Source: Halocafeteria seosinensis (Eukaryota). From it: a stretch of DNA of 64,000 bases. Positions 36,387 to 48,855 of the stretch are shown here, in pieces. Below the pieces are notes generated by a model. That model was given only the letters and a program-made list of their open reading frames with translations, ran no database searches and was not told the DNA's origin. The stretch spans positions 1-64,000 of the forward strand of contig LVLI01000128.1 of assembly GCA_001687465.1 (NCBI GenBank), in the 5' to 3' direction. Numbering within the stretch: position 1 is the first letter of the stretch; each line of letters starts with the position of its first letter. A program made the translations under genes and the position numbers.

Positions 36387-39300
36387 ATGGGGACTAACTC
36401 CTCCCGTGGGGGGTCTAACTCCTCGCTACCTTCGAATAGCCGTCGAAGGAGTGAACTGCAAATCATTGTCAACCCTTATACAAACATTCGCCCCAACAGC
36501 GCGATGCAAACGACCAAATCTTCTCCTAATTCTGGTAGAGAAGAGATTCCGGGCTCGGTTACTGAGAGTGGCCACAATGCAAGCGAACATACTGACGCGA
36601 AGGTCAAAACCAAGAAACACAAAGGCTCCTCAAAACGGGGTACCCATAACGTCTATCGGACCGACATTCTCGATGTTCTTAAGCATATATCGTTTTTTAC
36701 AACCCTTTCAGAAGACGATTTGAACATTTTGGCGAAGTGCTTCACAACAAAGGTATACAATGCGGGAGATATGATCATTAAGGAGGGTGCCACCTCTCGT
36801 GACTTCTACATCGTGTACTCTGGGACCGTTGATATCGTGTCGCAAAAGCCTGAATCTGACTCAATGGACGCGTATTCTACTTGCTCTACTCAAAGTGGAG
36901 AAGGTCACTGTGCTGAAGAAGTTGTGGCTTCGGAAGGGGCGGGTGCCTACTTCGGTGAGGTTAGTGTGCTATAAGGTAAATGACTGTCTCCGTCCCGGGT
37001 GAACGTAGCACTATAGTGAGCTCTGCAGGTCGCTTTGCTGGAGGGCACCCCACGCACAGCGAGTGTGCGGTCTCGCGAAGATGGTACGGTGACTCTTGTA
37101 CTCACGTACGAAACTTACCGCGAAGAAAGGCTTGCGAAATACTTTAGATCGTTACGACGGCTATTGACCAGAAATTCTAAATCAGAAGTAGCAGGTACGT
37201 CGACTGCATGCTTAAGTTAAGACTGTCAGAAATACACGTGTGCTGTTATTACAGAAAAATTGAAATCGGTCCCATTTTTCTCGACTCTGGAGGAGGATAA
37301 AATTAGCGTGCTGACCGAGCTATTTAGATTAGAGATGTTTGAGCGGGGATCAGTGATTTGCCGCGAAGGGGAACCAGGGGACGGGATGTATATCATAATG
37401 TCAGGCTCTGTGCAAGTGGTATCGCGAGTAAATCAAGATGATGCAGAGCAAACACGGACTGCTTCAAAGTCTGCGGCTGGTAAAGGGGGGAAAAGGAAAC
37501 GCAAGGGGCCAACGTATGCCAAAGGGGTTGTTCTCAAACGAGGTGATCATTTTAAGACGTGGAAAAGAAGGTATTGTGTACTTGAGGGCACGACACTTAA
37601 GTATTACGAATGCGAAAACTATGAAGAAATTCCTCATAGTGTTCAACCACGGGTTGTCGACAACCGAACCCTTTCAATTTTCTGTCAAACGACTGATGGA
37701 GAACGAGAAGAAAATAATGCTCTTGCCTCGGGTAGTATTGGACAGAACGTGCAGCAACCTGAGTTTAGTGTACCTGCAAGAGAGTCGTCTCAGTCTTCCT
37801 CTAATCATGACGAGGAAAGTTCAATGGACGCTGGAGCGTCGTCGATGAGTAGAGAGCCATCAAATGACAGCCAGGAAGATAATGAAGAGGTTTCGACAAC
37901 GTCAATTATTTCGCTCTCTAAAGCACAGCGCCGCGAGCAATGTATGAATTTGATCGGTAACCTTCGTCCAGTTGGAAGGCGAGTGTTAAAGGGGGAGTTC
38001 GAGGTCGTCGGGGTTGGAATATGGAGGGAGGAATATTATGGATTTGCCATTCAGACAGAAAATGGACGATTTGTCGCCTTCCGAACTCCTAGTAGTCAAG
38101 AGCGGGATGAATGGACGAAAGCACTCGTTGCAGCCGTTAGGATTCAGAGATATAATTCTTCCTCTGGATGCCCCAAAATTAAGGGGGGTTCTGCGACGAG
38201 TATTAACGACGAAGTTGCCGACGACTCCTCACAAAAACTGTCGGCTTCTCAGCACCAACTCGAACGGAGTGTTTCCATGCGTTTGTTAGAACACAGTGAT
38301 GAATGTTCGAAGCCAGAAGCACAGAGTGGGCTACGTTGGTGGAGGTTAAGCAAGATTCCATTGCTAGGAAGATTTACCTCGGGGACATTGACTGGAGAGA
38401 AAGAAAACAGGGGAGAAATCGGCTACGAGGGTGATAGTGAGGACGACGAACAGAAGAGTTTCTTAGTTCGCGATTTAAAAGCGGGGAGCTATTTCGGTGA
38501 GATCGCTCTCATCACCGATCAGCCTCGTAGCGCTACTGTCGTGGCGAAAGAGCGGACAGGCCTCCTAAAACTTTCAGAGAAGAACTTCCAAAGTTTTATC
38601 CAACTTGTTCCGCACCTTCGTCAAGACATAGACAACATGGTAATTCAACGTAGCGCTGCCAATTTACGGGCACTTAATGTTCCTTTCTTAAGTGGATTCA
38701 CAGAAAAGAAGTTAGAAAAGCTCGCGGAAATGGGACATTTAGTTCGTTTGCGAAATGATGATATTGTCTTCCGTGAGGGAGATATGGGGAACACGTTTTA
38801 TATAGTGCTCCAAGGATCTGTAGAGGTACGACAGAAAGGGGAAGCAGGGGATAATCAAAGCGACGATAGCGATAACGAGGGTAGCGAATATGGGAAAAGA
38901 ATCAATATCGTAAAGGCGGGATCGTACTTTGTAAGTAGCGCTTGATTTCTCTTGCTTTTGATTGCGTGAGATAACGTTGACGCATGCGGGAGTTGCAGGG
39001 AGAAATCGCGTTGATAACTAGAGGAGAGCGTTTGGCCACAATCCTTGCGAGAGAGCCTACCACACTACTGGAACTTAGTAGAGAACATTTTCAATCTCTA
39101 TTCGTTCGCGATGGAAATGAGCGGGAGCAGAAACCGCGGTTATCCAAGAGGTTATCCACAATCTCTCCAGCGACCAACCGTCGTGTCTCTCGTGCTGCGC
39201 GAGAAGCTCGCAGCTGTTCCACCTCGTCCTCTACGAAGAGGGACTCTGCTCTGCTTACTGACCTCGACAGAGACACCCAGGCGTTTGCTGATTTTGAGAT

Positions 39301-40117
39301 GAGATTATTCCACAGTAACTGTCAGTTGGAACACGTCTTGCGTCATCCGCGAGGAATAAAATTTTTCCGGACCTTCCTCAAAAAAGAACATTCTGAGGAG
39401 AACTTGAAATTTTGGGAGGCCACTCAAGACCATCGTTTGAAATATCTTCCCGTTCTGGATACATTAAACTGGGGAATTAGGGAGGTACTTTTTGAAGAGG
39501 CCGAGAAAGGATCGTCTCACGAGGTGGCTGCAGAGGTTGCTGGTTGTCTCGAAAGGTCCTTGAAGGAAAGGGGGGACATTTCGGCTTCGGACAGTTTCGG
39601 AGAGGCTCTGTCGACTTCGTTTTCCGACGACAAGCGAAGCCCGAAATTAAGTCTGTCGACTGAGGATGAAACTGTGAGGAAATCTTTTTCAGACCTTCTT
39701 TGTAGAACCAATGAGTGCGCTGGAAATGCGTTAAGTATTCATCGCATCTACGTAATTGATTCTTCTCGCCAACAGGTTAATGTTAGTTCTGAGATTAAGG
39801 ACAGTTTGGAAGAGGCTATGACGTTTATGCGACACTATCGGCGCTTTGTCACTCTAATAGGTTCCCAGCAGGGGCTAGAGAGCTTCGCAGCTTTCTTCAC
39901 TGGCAGCGTCTCTAGGGAGAAAATAATCCGAGCATTTCTAAACGTCGCCAGATTGTTTGTGGTTTTTTCGACCTGCTTCAATGACGCCCAAGATGAAATC
40001 CGAAACTTGATGAGCAAGGATACCTTTACTCGGTTCAAGACCAGCCAGCTGTTTGCGGAGCTCATGGATGAGGTTGAACCGTACACGAGCCAAGGAGCGA
40101 AGAATACAACCCCATAA
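36387..40117 (+). CDS. Cyclic-nucleotide-binding (x3) + PH + RGS domain protein (4 exons; start uncertain, 36300 or 36387)
   Basis: Three cNMP cassettes: FGEVALLEGTPRTASV, FGEIALITDQPRSATV, FGEIALITRGERLATI. PH: KGVVLKRGDHFKTWKRRYCVL..ERDEWTKAL. RGS: LEHVLRHPRGIKFFRTFLKKEHSEENLKFW..QVNVS..AQDEIRNLMSKDTFTRFK. Confidence 0.88.
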
Positions 40118-40499
40118 AGAAGAAGCTGCTCGCCAGAATTCAAGGGGTCTGTCTGGTGAAGTCGAATTCACTGCCCAGAGTCTTTGGTGGCGAATTTCCC
40201 GTGCTTTTAAGAATCATCCCCATACACGTAGTACCAAATGGCAGTTTTAGTACAGAGTCTATCTAATGAACATGTTTATACAAACTATCTCCCCATGGTA
40301 TATTTGCACCCTCGCTGTGCCAGAAAACAACAATAATTGCCGATTCACCGACCCGACTTGTGCACGGTGGTAAGTTGCGTGGTGCTGTGAGCGTTAACTT
40401 CTTAAGTCCCCTTCACGAGTAGTACGAAGCCGAATATTTGCGTTGAAACACTGTTGTTGGTAGTTCTGTTTTGTATTTTCCATCGTAATTGAATGCATA

Positions 40500-41126
40500 A
40501 TGTCGGAGGTAGAGGAGCAGAAACAACTGGGCCATATGGAGGAAGGTGAATCGCTCCATGCTGAGTGTTTTGGCTCCAGTTATTCCACCACAATGGACGA
40601 CAACATGCTCAGGATCTCTCGAGAGGATCTGGACGACGATAAAGAAAACACTAGTCCTTCTTACTCTTCTTCTTCCCTTGAGCTGAGTGGCAATGAGCAT
40701 GAATATGGACAGGAAAGAGACGCTGTTAAACCGCCTTCCACGCACAAGGCTGATGTCGATGACAGCAGGTATGAGAAGATACCCGATACAGTGGCTGCGC
40801 TTCAGGACTCGCATAGAGCTCTGCTATCTCAATTACGAGAGACCCAGGAAATGCTGGAACTGGTATTGGATGAGAACGACAAACTTCGGGGACAGTACGT
40901 ACTTGCTGCATGTGTGAGACCACTTGTCTATTTCATTCCTCCTTATTTTCGGCCTCCAATAAACAGATTATGTGCTTCGCAAACAGCATTGCGTTCCTCC
41001 CAGAGAATGTATGAGCACGATAATACGTCGAGCGTGCTCCCCCGGGATACGAACTCGCACCGGCAATCCAGCCAGGAGGACTATCACCGCACGTACTCTG
41101 TCCTAAAAGATACAACGGTACGTTAG
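40500..41126 (+). CDS. Hypothetical acidic/coiled-coil protein (3' end uncertain, may continue to ~41375)
   Basis: 208-aa ORF with a heptad segment, VAALQDSHRALLSQLRETQEMLELVLDENDKLR. GT-AG introns are plausible. Confidence 0.5.
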   Translation: MSEVEEQKQLGHMEEGESLHAECFGSSYSTTMDDNMLRISREDLDDDKENTSPSYSSSSLELSGNEHEYGQERDAVKPPSTHKADVDDSRYEKIPDTVAALQDSHRALLSQLRETQEMLELVLDENDKLRGQYVLAACVRPLVYFIPPYFRPPINRLCASQTALRSSQRMYEHDNTSSVLPRDTNSHRQSSQEDYHRTYSVLKDTTVR

Positions 41127-42811
41127 ATATGTTTGTTAAGTATTTACTCCTCTGTCTACATTCGTGGAGCTCCTCTAAGCTCGTGCAGAACGCGATGTCG
41201 GCGATTGCACAGATACACAGGCGCGAAACCAAATCCACTCGACTTCAAAGAAACACTTTGAAACAAGTACTGCAGTCTCAGGATCTTGAGCACATTGTAT
41301 CTTTGTGATTTGATGGCATATCTCAACTGCATTAACTGCATTTGGTACCTCGCCTATAAGGGTGCTGGTGTGAAAATTTGCTCTAAACGTCTGCGTAGAG
41401 CTTGATGAAGTTACCTCCGAGGCAAGAGGAATGTTGGAGATCGATGTTTGGAAGGAGGACACCTTGACCCGTTCTTCGTACTCTGGTTTGTTCCAGTGTC
41501 CAACCGGCAAGCGTGCCTAGTCCCTACGCCTTGGCTTAATGTAACACGTGGCGTGGGCAACCCGCGCTTACTAGGAAGGGGCGAAGAGTGCTATCTTGTA
41601 AGCGAAGACTACCTGCGGTGGCAGCGACGGTACACAGCGGATGAGACGATTCGGTTACCTCGCTGTCTTGCGTGCCACGTAGACTACCTAGGTTACTTCC
41701 GGTAGGGGCACTACTAATGCATACAGCTCATGTTTTTCTTCGTACTCTGAGCTTTTGGCTCCGACGTCGTGTTTGTATCGGAAAATTTGTACTGTACAAC
41801 TTGATCCGTAGCGGTTACATCCGGAAAAGTTGGTATGCTATAGTTTACCATATATATTTATAACAACATTGATTCGCAACTCAGGCGCTTTCTTTAATAG
41901 ACCACATTCCATCTGCGGGTAGAATAAAGTGTCAGTAGAATACTGTGCCACAAAAAGATTCGTTGAAAGATTTGAATACAACAAGGGGGAGGTAAGAAGT
42001 CAGTTATGCTTTGAATGAGTACTGTACTTAACAATGCATAATTTGAGACCAGTCAGCGTAAGATCGTGTATCAGTAAAGTATTCTTCTCCTTTTCTGTTT
42101 TCCTCTCTCTTTTGTCTCCGATGCAAAGGGACAGTGTGAAACCAAGGGCCAACATCTTGTTCTTGATACGAACCAGCCCCAACCTGGTCCAACCAACTAC
42201 ATGTGGTGGGGATCTCCGGGACTCGTTAACTCCGTTGCGGGACGATGGTTAAAGGCCTTTTATGCATAAACTGTGATGCAAGTGTTTCGATATAGTAGAA
42301 GGACGAAAGAAGTAAAAGCATATTGAGACGTAGAGTGTTGCCTCCCTCGCCTTGGATAGGTGATATAAAGCAAGCCTTGAGGGTTCCATGTGCCTTTTCC
42401 GGTCCCCAATGGAGGGAGTTCATGTAGACTATACAGAGGAGATAACCACATCCACCGTGCTGTTCCTTTTCTGATTGTAAGTGTATACAGTATGGTCTAT
42501 TTCTGTGGATAATGGTGTGTGTTTAGGGGCGTTATAAGGGCATGAAGAGAGCCTCTTCTTTCTGGAAAGAAAAGCAAAACATCCACCTGTTCTCTTCCTT
42601 CTCTATCCACCGTCTATTCAGTGTTTTATTGGCGAGATGAAAGGGAGACTGTATTTGTCATGTACACCTGAATTCTTTTATTTATAGTTGAATTGAGGCG
42701 AGAGAAAAGTGGTATTAGAGAGGAAAAAAACCTGCACGTTCTTCAACCTGTATCTGGTTTTCTTTGGTACACAGGGGCTAAACGAGGTCACGCCGGAATA
42801 AAGTACCCAGG

Positions 42812-45800
42812 ATGAACTCTCCGCAAGGCTCTGGACCCAGCCATGGTCGTGGAAGAAACAGCAGCGGTGGTAGTGCCACCCCTGCGGGAGGAGCTACAGC
42901 CACTGGAGGGCCAGGAAGTGCGCAACAAGGGGATCAAGGCCCTCAACAACCCCATGTGGTCATGCCCAGAGTCATTGACGCCACCATCGAACGTGATACC
43001 AAAGGATCCTTCTATGCTGCCTACCGAATTCGAGTAGGGGCCCGCGTAGGAGATGTTATTTCGCGTCGATATTCAGACTTCCGAACGTTGAATCGAGCTA
43101 TCCGTAATTTACAGCCACCTAACCGACCTGAGAAGAAAGATCTACCGCGATTAACCAGCAGGAAATTCGGGCGTGGAAAGTCGAGGCCCGTCATCGAGAA
43201 AAGGATTCGGAAACTCGGGATGTTTTTGAAGGTGAGAACAGGGAGTTTTTACTTGTGTGGCGCAGCGTTGTGCTGCATTGTTTGTCCTGCGTTTGCAGAC
43301 GCTGTATAACATTGGGTTAATGTACCCCGAGGTCCTTCGGTATCTATTACACTTCTTGCAAGAGAATGAGAATGCGGATAACGTGTTTGCTGGACAACTA
43401 TCGCGCTCCAGGAAGTCGTTTTCCAAGTAAGCAACAGCTGTTGGTTGCGTTTGTTCTTTCACCTGGATGAACGTTTTGGCGCCTTCTTTCGACAGTGGCG
43501 AAACCTTGGACAACTATAGTGAAGATGGTGCTTCGGACGAAGATTCGGATGAGAATGATGACGATGAGCAGGACGAGGAGGGAGAAGCGACAAGTCAAGC
43601 CGGTGTTAGTGGCTCGCGAACTGAAGACGAGGGAGGTGGCTCTGTGGTAACGGAACCGGCTAGTGTGATTTCGCATTCCAAAAGTACAAACACCGGATCT
43701 CATTCTGGCGCTAATGAAACCGACGGACAAGAAGAGGGAAACCGTGATCCCAGCCATTGTGCGGCTTGTGGTGTGTTTATTGACCCAGCGAACAGGAGGG
43801 ATGACGCTATCGCACAGTTTTGCAGTCCTCACTGTGAGCAGTTTTTCATGCGAACGGCAGAACATGGTCTTAAAATTGGGAGAGTGGAAGGAAGGAGACA
43901 GCTGTTTAATGCCAAGTCGAAGGCTGGAAATGAGTCCCATGCAGTCCGGAATGCCAATCGTGGCAGGCGGGCTACAGCACAGCCGCAGCGGTCAAATCAT
44001 GACACAGCGACAGACCAAGACCCGGAAAGGGATCGGAGGATCTCGTTCAGTTCAACGTCTACCACAGCGAAAAAGTCAAAGTCCATCTTGCAACGTTTTC
44101 GTGCCATTGTTACGCATACGCCGGAAACGGATTCTGATAGCTCTGTTACAAATCAAAAATTAACTCCAAGAGGAAGTAGAGTAAGCGCCGAAGTCGTTGC
44201 TCACTCTGGGTGGCTGTACAAGAGAGGCGGTCATCGGGGTGGCCGCAAGTCTTGGAAGAAGAGGTGGTTTGTCCTAAAAGACAAATGCCTGTATTATTAC
44301 CGATTGAAGTCCGACCAATTCGTCTTGTTGGGGGTCATGCCCCTCATTGTTACCACCTCCGCTGGTTTAGGTGAAAGTGATGAAACGCAGGGTGTTGAAG
44401 GCTTCGCTGAAGTGATGTCCATCCCTAGTTCGGAAGCGAACCATTTGAATTTTCCCACCTCAAGGTTTCGAGCTGGCCCGGAGCCATATTTGTTTTTGGT
44501 GCAAACCTCTCAACGGTCGTTATACTTGAGTGCCGATAGTGAGGCAGAAAGGGACGAATGGATTCAAAATATTAAAGAAATCATAACAAATTTCCAGGAA
44601 CGACAAAAAGCTATTGCCATGAAGAATCCGCATGCAGAACGAAGACAACTTCGCCGGAACTTTCCAACAATACGAGATGCCCTCCACAACAAAGACAGAA
44701 TCCAAGAAGCATCGAATGAAGAGCAAAATTCGGAAGTAGTATCTGGCTCTGGTTCGCAGAAGGACCATGCGCGTTCCGGGTCGCAAAAGGCTCAAACGCG
44801 AGGGTCCTCTCAGCAGGATGGAAGCGAAGAAAATCAGATTGCAGATTCGTTTACCGCAGAGCCATCAGCCGCCAATTGGCAGATATCGGATTCAGACATT
44901 GAAATGATTCGTCAAATTGGTCATGGTAACTTCGGTGAGGTTTATCAGGGTAGGCTTTGGGGAAGTGATGTAGCTGTAAAAGTCCTCGTGGCTCCAGAAG
45001 TTACCGAAGAAGTGAGAGAATCGTTAGCGGCCGAGATAAGAGTATTGTCCTACTTGAGACACCCTAATATCCTGCTGTATATGGGAGCCTGCACGACGCC
45101 TCCACATTTGATGGTTGTGACCGAATATTGTGAAAGAGGGTCTCTTGATAAAATCGTGTATGATCCATCATTCCCTCTGTCCGCTGATGTGCGGCTACGT
45201 TTAGCACTACAAGCTGCCCAAGGAATGTGCTACCTGCATTCCAGGAGACAGGATATTATTCATCGTGACCTGAAGAGTCATAATTTATTGGTTACACAAG
45301 ATTATACGGTAAAGGTAGCGGACTTTGGGTTAACTGTGGTCAAAGCCCAAGCCTCCCGCTCCAGAACAACCTCTGGTAGAGGAAGCGATGCTGAGCGCAA
45401 TCGGGATAGCGAAACTAAGCAAGAAAACGATACCAAGCAAGAAGAAGATGATCTTGGCTCTTTCCATGGAGTTCAAGGAACTCCACAGTGGATGGCTCCT
45501 GAAGTGCTCGAAGGCGAACGATACAATCACAAAGTTGACGTCTATAGCTTTGGGATCGTGCTGTGCGAACTTTTTAGCAGGGCGCTTCCGTTCAGCGACT
45601 TGTATAAGCGTTTTGAATTCATTGACGCGGTGTTAGATGACGGTGCAATTCCTACGGTTCCTGCATGGTGTTGCGCATTTCCCAGCCATGTGGGTAAGGT
45701 TTGCGAAATGCCGGCAGATATGTATACCTGCGCGAAAGAATCGATGGGTCTGAAGACGGAATCGGCGTCGATGCCTTTGGGACGGTCAAAGCCTGGGGAT

Positions 45801-47693
45801 GGGGTAATCGTGAACGAGGAGAAGGCTGAACAAAGTGGCTGGATCGACTTACCCGACTTGGTTAGCCAGATGAAGCAGACAAAGAAGACTGCCGAACTCT
45901 TACCTGCGCTCCAAGATCAGAGACAGGATGTCCTTCAAAATACCAAGTCTTTCTCTGAACTGCCCTCGTCCAGTGGTAGGGTTCCTTTGCGAAGAATGAC
46001 CTTCTCTTCAGGAGCAGCGAACTCTTCGAAGAATTCTCCTTTGTTGAACAAGCTAGGACACCCTTCCTACTCTATAGATGAGTTAGATCTTAGTTCGGGA
46101 TTTCCGGCCAAACAAGATGTTTTCTCTCACGATCTTGAGTATGCTCGACTATTTGTTGAGTCGGAAAACGATGTGGTCCAATCATCCGTCCAGTCGCTGT
46201 TGGGAAAGGATGAAATTTCTAACAGGGTAACCAAGCGTGATAGTGATGTGTCCGGGATTGCGAGAATGGACGCAGAGGAAAGTGAGGTTGATGAAAATGA
46301 GTTCTCTTTTGCGAGAAAGCTTGCAGAACATAAGCCTGGCAACAGAAATGAGTGGTGTCTTTTTGTCGGGGAACTTACTGGTGTATTAAAATTGATTATA
46401 GAAACATGTCTCAGTCGGGATGCTGATTCACGGCCGTCTTTTGATGAACTGGTCGATCTGTTGCGCGCAGTGACGCAGCGAACTTCGGATGAGAAGCTGC
46501 TGCAGCTGGAACTCCCACGTCTGCGTGAATCATTGGTGTATGGAGATTTGGCAACACAAAATACAGCTGTACGTGAGATTTCCACAATGACACTCGCAGC
46601 GTGCATGCAGGTCCAGTTCGCAGTTCCTTGGAGTTTGACATCGAAAGCAACCATTCGGTTGTCTCTCATCGAGTCTCGTACGCCATCTGTGGGGTTCCAG
46701 CCGCGAATGTCAACAGGTGATGCTCACTTGATATGTCCCGTAACCGCCGTGGCTCCATCTATGATACAGCTTCAGGTGGCAGTGAAAGAATTTTGGTGCG
46801 CTGTAGCTGCTTGTGCCAGGTCAGTGGACGTCCTCTTACGGACAGTGGGTGGTCTACCCAAGGCTTGTTCCGTGGAGAATTTAGATTGGAGTAGACAGGA
46901 GGGATCCGACGGTCTGGCCTTCGGTGCCGTTAAGGAATACATGCAGCTGCAAACTCAAAAACGCATACCTCGCAGACAAAAGCGTAGGCTGTTAGAGCGC
47001 GCCCAAGCTGATAAAACCATGCTTGAAAACGCGATGCAAGTACTGGCTAACTGTGTGCAAGGAATGCATGCGCTTTTATGTGCCACTGGCCTACCGGCAG
47101 AATCGTTACCTGCGTCCACGATTGCGAGGGCTACATACGCGCTGTCGCTGATTGTATCGTGCGCGAAGCCGCTCTATGCCTGGGCTAGTAAAGCACAGTC
47201 ATTCTTAGCTGAGGGAGCAGGGCCTAGAACATCTGACGGCTGTATGAACTTTACGCTAATTGGAGAAATGGGTTTTGATCTGCCTGTGTTACAATGCTCT
47301 GCGTCGCTGTTGGCCCAGCTATGGAAAGACTGCTTCCATGTTCGTGCACCAATCGAACGAGTTGTAGGCGCTACTATGATGGCTGCTTCGGCGAAAGGGA
47401 TCGGAATCTATGTTGAAACAGTTCCCCAGCAGAGACCTAACAGTAGCACGTATAACACCTATGTTTCTTCTGGCAAAATTCCTGACGACCTGATGAACCT
47501 CAAGAATGATCTGGAACCCCATATATTCGTAGAGAACCATGCTGAGCAGAAATACAGGCGCTCGGATAGACGGAAGGGGTCCCAAGCGATCTCATCAGTA
47601 GATTTAAGTATCCCACAGTGCTTTGAAAAATGTGTCGGTAATGGGCTAGCAAGAACTGCCCTCGAAGATGGAAAACTCAGGTTCGTTGATTGA
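42812..47693 (+). CDS. PX + FCS-like Zn finger + PH + tyrosine-kinase-like (Raf/MLK-type) protein kinase
   Basis: PX: YRIRV..SRRYSDFRTL..LP..IEKRIRKLGMFL. PH: HSGWLYKRGG..WKKRWFVL..ERDEWIQNI. Kinase: IGHGNFGEVY, VAVK, HPNILLYMG, IIHRDLKSHNLL, DFG, GTPQWMAPE, DVYSFG, RPSF. Confidence 0.9.
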
Positions 47694-48855
47694 ATTAAAT
47701 GTTCTCAAGAGTTACGGGAGTTATCAAATCGATAGTACGCATACGCTCAATTAGAGTTGATTTTCTTGTTGATTGATTTTATATAGAAGACTGAAGAGTT
47801 GAGGAAATTGTCTTTCCTCCGGGGTGTTTGCGTAGGGGTCCGTAGTAACTACGGGCCAGGAGGTTACGTGTTCTCCCATGTCTCTCGAACCCTCCGAGAC
47901 CCCATGTTGCAGAAGGTTATACCTGGGAGCTTCGAGTGTCGATGTAGGTGATTCTTAGAGCACGGTGCCGAACAAGCGCAAGATCCACCAGAGAGATACT
48001 AAGAGATTGATAAGGAACGTCCCATTGTTTTACCGTCTTTCGGGAGAGCCTTGCAAAATTTCTCCCCCAAGCAATCCCGCAAACCCAAGTGTGTGTTTTG
48101 GGGAGTTCTCATGATTCCTTTTTTTAAAATAGGAATTCTAGCCGCCAGGAACTTCTCCAATCCCCCTAGGGGCGGATGTACAGTCCAAACCTTGTAGGGT
48201 TCTTAAATTGGCACAACCCCTAATATGCTTCACTGGTTAATTCCTTATTCCTTGAATTTCGTTGACGCATACTTGCAAGAAGTGCGCACAGACAGTCCTC
48301 GGAAATTAGCAAACCAGAAGCCCCGTACACACACAGAGTGGATTCAGTTAATTGGAATCAATGTGTGGAATTGGAAACACAGGAATTGTACACAAACTGT
48401 GGTTGCGTTGCACTATGCACGCAGCTTGCACGTTGACGCTTCTGGCACTTGTGGGAAGTTTGCAAATAAAGCGTTGCTGAAAAACGATGGATCGAACTAC
48501 GTTGAGCAGCTATCTGTCACATATGTGTGTGTACTCGAAGAAGTCGATACGTGTCTACGGCACTGCTGCGCCCTGGGAGCGTTGAACTTCCAAGTTCCGA
48601 CCACGTGGACTCTAAGCAATAATAATTATGGTATTCAATATATCAATTACAAAACCGTTTGCCAGTGCAAGCTCGAGTAGGCACACATTGCCGCAGAGCA
48701 AAGGGTATAACAGTGTAGCAGTGGTTGAAGGCTGTACACATTGTAGGTACCTACCCGGCGGCGTCAGGGTGTTGCCTTCTGGAAGAGGGTGCGACACTAC
48801 GGTACTACCAGTACTCCAGCATATGCAACAGCTTGCTTTTTCCATCGGCGATAGA

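Noticed and set aside
47820..48222. Possible MITE bounded by gggg...cccc
   Set aside because: The putative inverted termini match over only ~5 bp and no target-site duplication is visible.
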